29,349 nucleotides of DNA from an uncultured Spirochaetales bacterium (GTDB lineage: Bacteria; Spirochaetota; Spirochaetia; ARS1246). Below, in pieces: positions 24,572 to 29,349 of this stretch. The notes beneath the pieces are model-generated. The model did no database searches and was not told the origin of the DNA. It saw only the letters and a list, made by a program, of their open reading frames with translations. The translations under genes were made by a program, and so were the position numbers. Positions within the stretch are counted from its first letter, which is position 1. Each line of letters starts with the position of its first letter. The stretch spans positions 1 to 29,349 of the forward strand of contig CAYLZA010000001.1 in assembly GCA_964387575.1 (NCBI GenBank), in the 5' to 3' direction.

Positions 24572-26196
24572 TGACGATGGCCAATACCGTTCTTTCGCGA
24601 AACATTGAAGCGCTGAAAAAACGTCATTCCCGACTTGCAAACGAAATCTCCCGTACTCGTCCGTCGGACCGGATTTCGATCCTCCAATCGAGAAGCGAGC
24701 TTACGGTCCCGGCGGTAAAAACCGCGACAGGCGACAAACCGCTCCATTCGAGGGTCGATCCGATTCGCGAAGGAAGACGGATGTTTGATTCGACGTTAAA
24801 GGACGAGTGCCCCGGCTTCGTCGTAGCGCTCGGCGTGGGTGGTGGTTATCAGATGAAGCCGTTGATTGAGTCGGATTGGGTCGTCTCGGTTGTCATCGTT
24901 GAAACGGATCTTCGAGCATTTCGGTCAATACTCGAACATGTCGATTTGAACTGGCTTTTTGATGATTCACGGGTTTCGATCTTTGTCGAGGAGTCGCTGA
25001 GCACGATTTCCGGATTCATCGGCGGCTCCTATCATCCGCTTATTCACGATAGCTACGCTCTTTACCCTCTCAGAAGCCGGATGATCCACGATGACGCCTG
25101 GTTTTCGAGTTGCCTGCACATGCTCGAGGAGACACTTGAACGAATTTCGTGGGATATGTCGACACAATCCCGGTTCGGCCGCATTTGGTTCCGCAATACG
25201 GTGTATAACCTCACATCACTCCCGTTCTCCGAACAGTCTCTTCCCGAAATTCGCAGCGCGGTCGTCGTTGCCGCAGGGCCTTCGCTCGAAGATACGGTGT
25301 CCGACTTACGGAGCGCAAAAGACCGGCGAACGATAATCGCTGTAGACACGGCGGCACCCGCACTTGCCGTCCACGGCATAGTTCCCGATATCGTCGTCAC
25401 AATCGATGCACAACTCGTCTCCTACCACCACGTATTTGCTCCACTACCGGCACAATCGCTCCTGGTTGCCGACTTGTCGGCGTCGAGGGTCGTCGCTCAT
25501 CGTGCCGGCCGTCGGGTATTCGTGAGCGGGGGCTTTCCTCTCGGCCGCTATTTTGCGAAAGAGTGGGAGAGCTCCTGGATACCAACGATCGACACAACCG
25601 GTTCGAACGTGACCTATGCCGCCGTCGATCTGGCGATTCGTCTCGGAGCCACTCAGATTGATCTCGTGGGGGCGGATTTCTCGTATCCACGAGGAAAACC
25701 GTATTCGCGCGGGAGCTATATATATCCGTTTTTTTTGAGTACATCATATCGTACACAACCGGTGGAAACGCTTACGACCAATCTGGTATTCGGCTCCCAA
25801 AACGCTCGCGTCGCAGCTTCGGACGGTACGGTACGCTACATACCGAAAAAAATGGAGCGGTACCGGGAAGCTCTTGAATCACTTCTCGGGCGATTCGAAC
25901 AGTCTCGTCTGGCCGTAACGGATCATATTCGCAATCGACTACCGATACAACCGAAACAGGTCGAACAAACCCTGATCCGATATAATGAAACTCTCACGGC
26001 TTTGCCGCGCCCCGTGGACCCTCTCTACGGATATATACAAAAGTTGAGCGCAGAGGAACGGGCAGTTCTCAATACGCTGTTTCCCACCGCGCTTCATTTA
26101 CACAGACGTGCGCATCAGACCCCGGCTCAAGTCCTGGAGCACTCACGCCGCTGGGCGGTAGATCAAGTGACCGCATCGTTAGACGGATTTTCATAG
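24571..26196 (+). CDS. Maf/DUF115 (motility-associated factor, putative nonulosonic-acid glycosyltransferase) family protein, paralog 2
   Basis: PLHSRVDPIREG, VALGVGGGY, WFRNTVYN, VVVAAGPSLED, IAVDTA, PDIVVTIDAQ, GSNVTYAAVDLAIRLGA..I.LVGADFSY; TAATG overlap. Confidence 0.82.
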   Translation: MTMANTVLSRNIEALKKRHSRLANEISRTRPSDRISILQSRSELTVPAVKTATGDKPLHSRVDPIREGRRMFDSTLKDECPGFVVALGVGGGYQMKPLIESDWVVSVVIVETDLRAFRSILEHVDLNWLFDDSRVSIFVEESLSTISGFIGGSYHPLIHDSYALYPLRSRMIHDDAWFSSCLHMLEETLERISWDMSTQSRFGRIWFRNTVYNLTSLPFSEQSLPEIRSAVVVAAGPSLEDTVSDLRSAKDRRTIIAVDTAAPALAVHGIVPDIVVTIDAQLVSYHHVFAPLPAQSLLVADLSASRVVAHRAGRRVFVSGGFPLGRYFAKEWESSWIPTIDTTGSNVTYAAVDLAIRLGATQIDLVGADFSYPRGKPYSRGSYIYPFFLSTSYRTQPVETLTTNLVFGSQNARVAASDGTVRYIPKKMERYREALESLLGRFEQSRLAVTDHIRNRLPIQPKQVEQTLIRYNETLTALPRPVDPLYGYIQKLSAEERAVLNTLFPTALHLHRRAHQTPAQVLEHSRRWAVDQVTASLDGFS

Positions 26197-27011
26197 AGCA
26201 CGCCCGCATACCCTACAAACGAGTCCGACGGATGAACATCCTTGCTTGTTCGATAGTCGATCAGTTTCCCTCGTCTTACCCCCGCCGCCTCGGAAAACGA
26301 AAGCGCACACACCGCAGCCCCGGTGGAACAGGCGGCCTTGTTTCGTGTACCGTGCTCGAGTGCCGCCTGCGCATCGAGCGCGCATAGTGCATCAACGAAT
26401 TTCGCATCGTTTTCATTGCGGACCCACTCGTATGCGTCGCTCCCCGTGCCTTTGGGGGTGAACCCGTACGCTGGACCATAATGCGTGAGATCGGTCGATC
26501 CGATGACCGCTATCGAGTGACCCGATTTGGTGAGATCATGGAGATAACGGCCTAATTCGACGGCGCGCCTACCCGGAGCAATTCGAACACCAACGACACG
26601 TATTTCAGGGGCGGTGTATTTAACCAGCGGGAGTTGTACTTCCACGGTATTATCCGGTTTAGAGTCGGGCTGTGCTGCGAAACGTTCGATTATCGCATTA
26701 CGCACACTCACATCAGCTGAAAGATTACCGATGGGTGTCTCAAATGCATCCTCCGGATACACGAGAAGCGTGTCGCCCGGCGGCAGATGACCGCCGCACA
26801 CCACACAGGTGGATATTTCCGGTGAAAGCTCGCGAAGTACCGAAAGCGCAGTTCTGCCCGAAAACATCCAGCCCGCGTGCGGCACGATCCCGGCGATACC
26901 GCTCGAACGCGATTCTTCCAGATCGCGATCCCATTCGTCGAGTATTCTTCTGGTTTCCTCGTAAGATTTCGGATACCACCCTGCAGGCAAAATCCTTTTT
27001 CGAATGTTCAT
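26163..27011 (-). CDS. MEMO1 family protein (AmmeMemoRadiSam system protein B-like)
   Basis: AGWYP, IVPHAGWMFSG, FETPIG, TVEVQLP, GSTDLTHYG, AACSTGA, FVGYAG; GAGGG SD. Confidence 0.9.
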   Translation of the reverse strand: MNIRKRILPAGWYPKSYEETRRILDEWDRDLEESRSSGIAGIVPHAGWMFSGRTALSVLRELSPEISTCVVCGGHLPPGDTLLVYPEDAFETPIGNLSADVSVRNAIIERFAAQPDSKPDNTVEVQLPLVKYTAPEIRVVGVRIAPGRRAVELGRYLHDLTKSGHSIAVIGSTDLTHYGPAYGFTPKGTGSDAYEWVRNENDAKFVDALCALDAQAALEHGTRNKAACSTGAAVCALSFSEAAGVRRGKLIDYRTSKDVHPSDSFVGYAGVLYENPSNDAVT

Positions 27012-27102
27012 AAGACCCTCTTGTCGCGTTTACCGGTACCGAAAAAGCGTCGATATCTCGTTTTCAGATAACGAGTTTGCCCGGATTCAAACAAAAATGC
27101 TT

Positions 27103-27130
27103 TTTACAATAGTGCAATTTGCCGTATAAT
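27103..27130 (+). promoter_or_regulatory. Sigma70 promoter predicting a leaderless mRNA
   Basis: TTTACA (27103-27108), 16 nt, TATAAT (27125-27130), 7 nt, then ATG 27138; no SD. Confidence 0.7.
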
Positions 27131-27137
27131 TGGACAT

Positions 27138-28571
27138 ATGGGGAGAAAGATAATCCAGGCGTTTTCGCTTTTCAGCATCGCGGTATTTGTCTTTATCATT
27201 GTATGGTTTGTCTTCAGAGCCATCAATACTCGTTCCGCGAATATCGAGCAGTCGGAGCAAAAAACCGAGCAAATCAAACAATCGATCATATCGTCGGTGT
27301 TGGCGGGAGGCGGATTTGACTCGAAGCAGACATCTCGGACCATTGCGAGCTCGTTTCAACAAAATCCGGATCTGAAGCTGCTTGCAATACACGATGTGGA
27401 AGGAAGATTGGATTATCTGTACGCAGTTTCGAATGCTTACATCCCCAAAGATACCGAGCTCGGCGGAGATCGTCTTCTCCTTCCCGAGCTCCGTCACAGT
27501 GGTATCAGCGAAGAACAACTCGATACGCGGATGGTCTTTCCGGACAATTCGGTTCGGTCGATAACTACGATTCATAGGGTGCTCGACCGGGCGGACGTAT
27601 TTCCGATAATTCGTGAAGTTCTCATCGCGCTTCTTTCGTTCCTTCTGATAACCGCAGTTATGATAGTCGTTTTTCCGTATATCGAAAAAAAACGATCGGG
27701 AGCAGATATTTCGGGTGCCGCCGCCGCAACGGAAGCACCCGACGAGCCGTTCACTCCATCGGATACCGGAATCGGTTCGGAGCACGGGGATATCCCGGAA
27801 GATACAACGCGTTTTCGCGGAGAGCCCGGCGGCGATATCGACGGCACTCTAGATATCGAAGAACAGGCTGCGGTCGAGACGCCGGTCACGAACAGCGCCG
27901 ACCAATCCGGAACGACCGTGGCCGAGAAAGCGTTCGAGACGCCGGTCGAGGCAACAGGCGAACCACCTTCCGACCGACCGATCGAACAGCCGGCGGCGAC
28001 GGCAGCCGATACGGAGACAGGGGAACACACTCAGGAACACTCGCCGGCACTGGAGTCACACGATGAGTCTATTGAGTCTACTCGCGGGCTCTACTCTCCG
28101 AACAGCGAGCTCGGATGGGAAGAGTATCTCGAGGAGAGACTGAATACGGAGCTCAAACGGGCGGCATCGTTTGATCAGGATCTGGTTTTGATGCTGATCT
28201 CGGTTCCCTGGGCGCGTCGAGGAACACAGGAGTACGTTGCGGTAGCCGAAATGGTGCGGGAGTACTTCGCGTTTCGCGATCTCTGCTTCGAATACGGCGA
28301 AATTGCATTTGGCGCGATTGTCCCTAACGTAGAGCTCGATCAGGGAATGGAAAAGGCGCAGGAGTTCAGAGAAATACTGCTCCCGCGTGCGGCTAAGGAC
28401 ACGACTCCTTCAATAGGATTGAGCGCGCGAAATGGTCGTTTGATGAGCGGGATGCGGCTTATCAGAGAAGCAGACCGGGCGCTCGTTCATGCCCGTGACG
28501 ATGATGACGGAATCGTCGCTTTTCGCGTTGACCCCGAAAAATACCGTTCATATATCGCGTCAAAGAGCTGA
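27138..28571 (+). CDS. Two-TM membrane protein with an extracytoplasmic domain, acidic linker and degenerate GGDEF-like domain
   Basis: TM1 FSLFSIAVFVFIIVWFVF, TM2 VLIALLSFLLITAVMIVVF; C-terminus LEERLNTELKRA...LVLMLI...RDLCFEYGEIAF...SIGLS...LIREADRAL..AR follows the GGDEF fold pattern. Confidence 0.75.
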   Translation: MGRKIIQAFSLFSIAVFVFIIVWFVFRAINTRSANIEQSEQKTEQIKQSIISSVLAGGGFDSKQTSRTIASSFQQNPDLKLLAIHDVEGRLDYLYAVSNAYIPKDTELGGDRLLLPELRHSGISEEQLDTRMVFPDNSVRSITTIHRVLDRADVFPIIREVLIALLSFLLITAVMIVVFPYIEKKRSGADISGAAAATEAPDEPFTPSDTGIGSEHGDIPEDTTRFRGEPGGDIDGTLDIEEQAAVETPVTNSADQSGTTVAEKAFETPVEATGEPPSDRPIEQPAATAADTETGEHTQEHSPALESHDESIESTRGLYSPNSELGWEEYLEERLNTELKRAASFDQDLVLMLISVPWARRGTQEYVAVAEMVREYFAFRDLCFEYGEIAFGAIVPNVELDQGMEKAQEFREILLPRAAKDTTPSIGLSARNGRLMSGMRLIREADRALVHARDDDDGIVAFRVDPEKYRSYIASKS

Positions 28572-28574
28572 TTT

Positions 28575-29349
28575 TCAAAGCTCGTCTTCAAAAGGGATAT
28601 CGAGCACCTGACGATCTTTCGTAAGAAAGCTTCCTGAGTGGATCTTTTTCGCCTCACATTCGAGTCGCTTCAATTCGCGCCCGGTGTATCGCGGACTATA
28701 GTGAATAAGCCCTACCCGTTTTACATCACCCGCATCGCAGGCTATACGCGCGGCTTGTGAGGCGGTGAGATGCTTTTTTTCTCGCGCCGATTCCTTCAGA
28801 TCTTCTTCAAACATTGCTTCACAGACCAGAAGATCCGAAGAGCCGACTTCCGGGGCGATGCCGGGAAAATAGAGCGTATCGGTCACATACGAAAACTTAC
28901 GTCCCCGTCGTTGGGGACCGAGCACCTGATCCGAGGTAACCGTACTTCCGTCGGATGCTTCAACCGATCTCCCTTGCTGGAGCGCCGCCCACTTCGGACC
29001 TTCCGGAACTCCGAGCGACCGTGCGCGTTCCGGGTGGAATACGCCGGGGCGGGGATCCTCCTCGAACACATAACCGTAACACGGTTTTGTGTGTATCAGC
29101 GGGAAAGCCCGAACCGTGTATCCGTCTCCGTGAAAAACAACCCCGGGTTCGTTGAACTCCCGTACAACTATATCGTAATTGATATACATATCGAGAACCG
29201 AACGACTCGTTTCGACATAGCGTTTTGTTTTCGGCGGCCCGATTATGTAGAGCGGCTCCACGCGATCCACCTGCGAGGATAGCATCAGCATCCCCGGGAG
29301 CCCGGTAATGTGATCGGCGTGCGTGTGTGAGATAAAAATGACGTTTATC
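28575..29349 (-). CDS. rnz: Ribonuclease Z, 3' part; start lies beyond the right edge
   Basis: The frame stays open past the ORF-track start and gives IFISHTHADHITGLPG (HxHxDH); also LIHTKPCYGY, FSYVTDT, LVCEAMF, KKHLTA, LIHYSPRY. Confidence 0.95.
   Translation of the reverse strand, partial: INVIFISHTHADHITGLPGMLMLSSQVDRVEPLYIIGPPKTKRYVETSRSVLDMYINYDIVVREFNEPGVVFHGDGYTVRAFPLIHTKPCYGYVFEEDPRPGVFHPERARSLGVPEGPKWAALQQGRSVEASDGSTVTSDQVLGPQRRGRKFSYVTDTLYFPGIAPEVGSSDLLVCEAMFEEDLKESAREKKHLTASQAARIACDAGDVKRVGLIHYSPRYTGRELKRLECEAKKIHSGSFLTKDRQVLDIPFEDEL

Overview
Gene-dense bacterial chromosomal window, most likely from a member of the Spirochaetia. This is an inference from the ~700-aa RecJ, a spirochaete-style lipobox and the type of hypothetical proteins; no marker gene proves it. 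No rRNA, tRNA, CRISPR array, transposase or phage gene was seen. Minus strand from the left: serC-lrp-gcvT-gcvH-gcvPA-gcvPB (gcvPB cut by the window edge), an Aur1/PAP2-type membrane enzyme, and recO-thpR-recJ-M23 peptidase-rpsU. These are followed by lon and a VanY-type D,D-carboxypeptidase (+), an FAD reductase (-) divergent from an orphan LsrG-like gene (+), and pcm, a GH20-like protein lacking its catalytic residues, tsaC and ftsB/divIC (-). The most interesting part is 19410-26196 (+), four genes joined by abutting or overlapping stop/start codons. They encode an ~850-aa extremely acidic, probably disordered protein with short ordered islands, a GAF-like protein with a possible degenerate GGDEF-like domain, and two tandem Maf/DUF115 paralogs. 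A solo MEMO1-family gene, a membrane protein with a degenerate GGDEF domain and RNase Z (cut by the edge) follow. My best candidate for an undescribed system is this acidic-scaffold/GAF/Maf-Maf operon, hypothesised to be a polar hub linked to flagellin glycosylation. That function is inference only. Family assignments come from motif recognition by eye, not from database searches.
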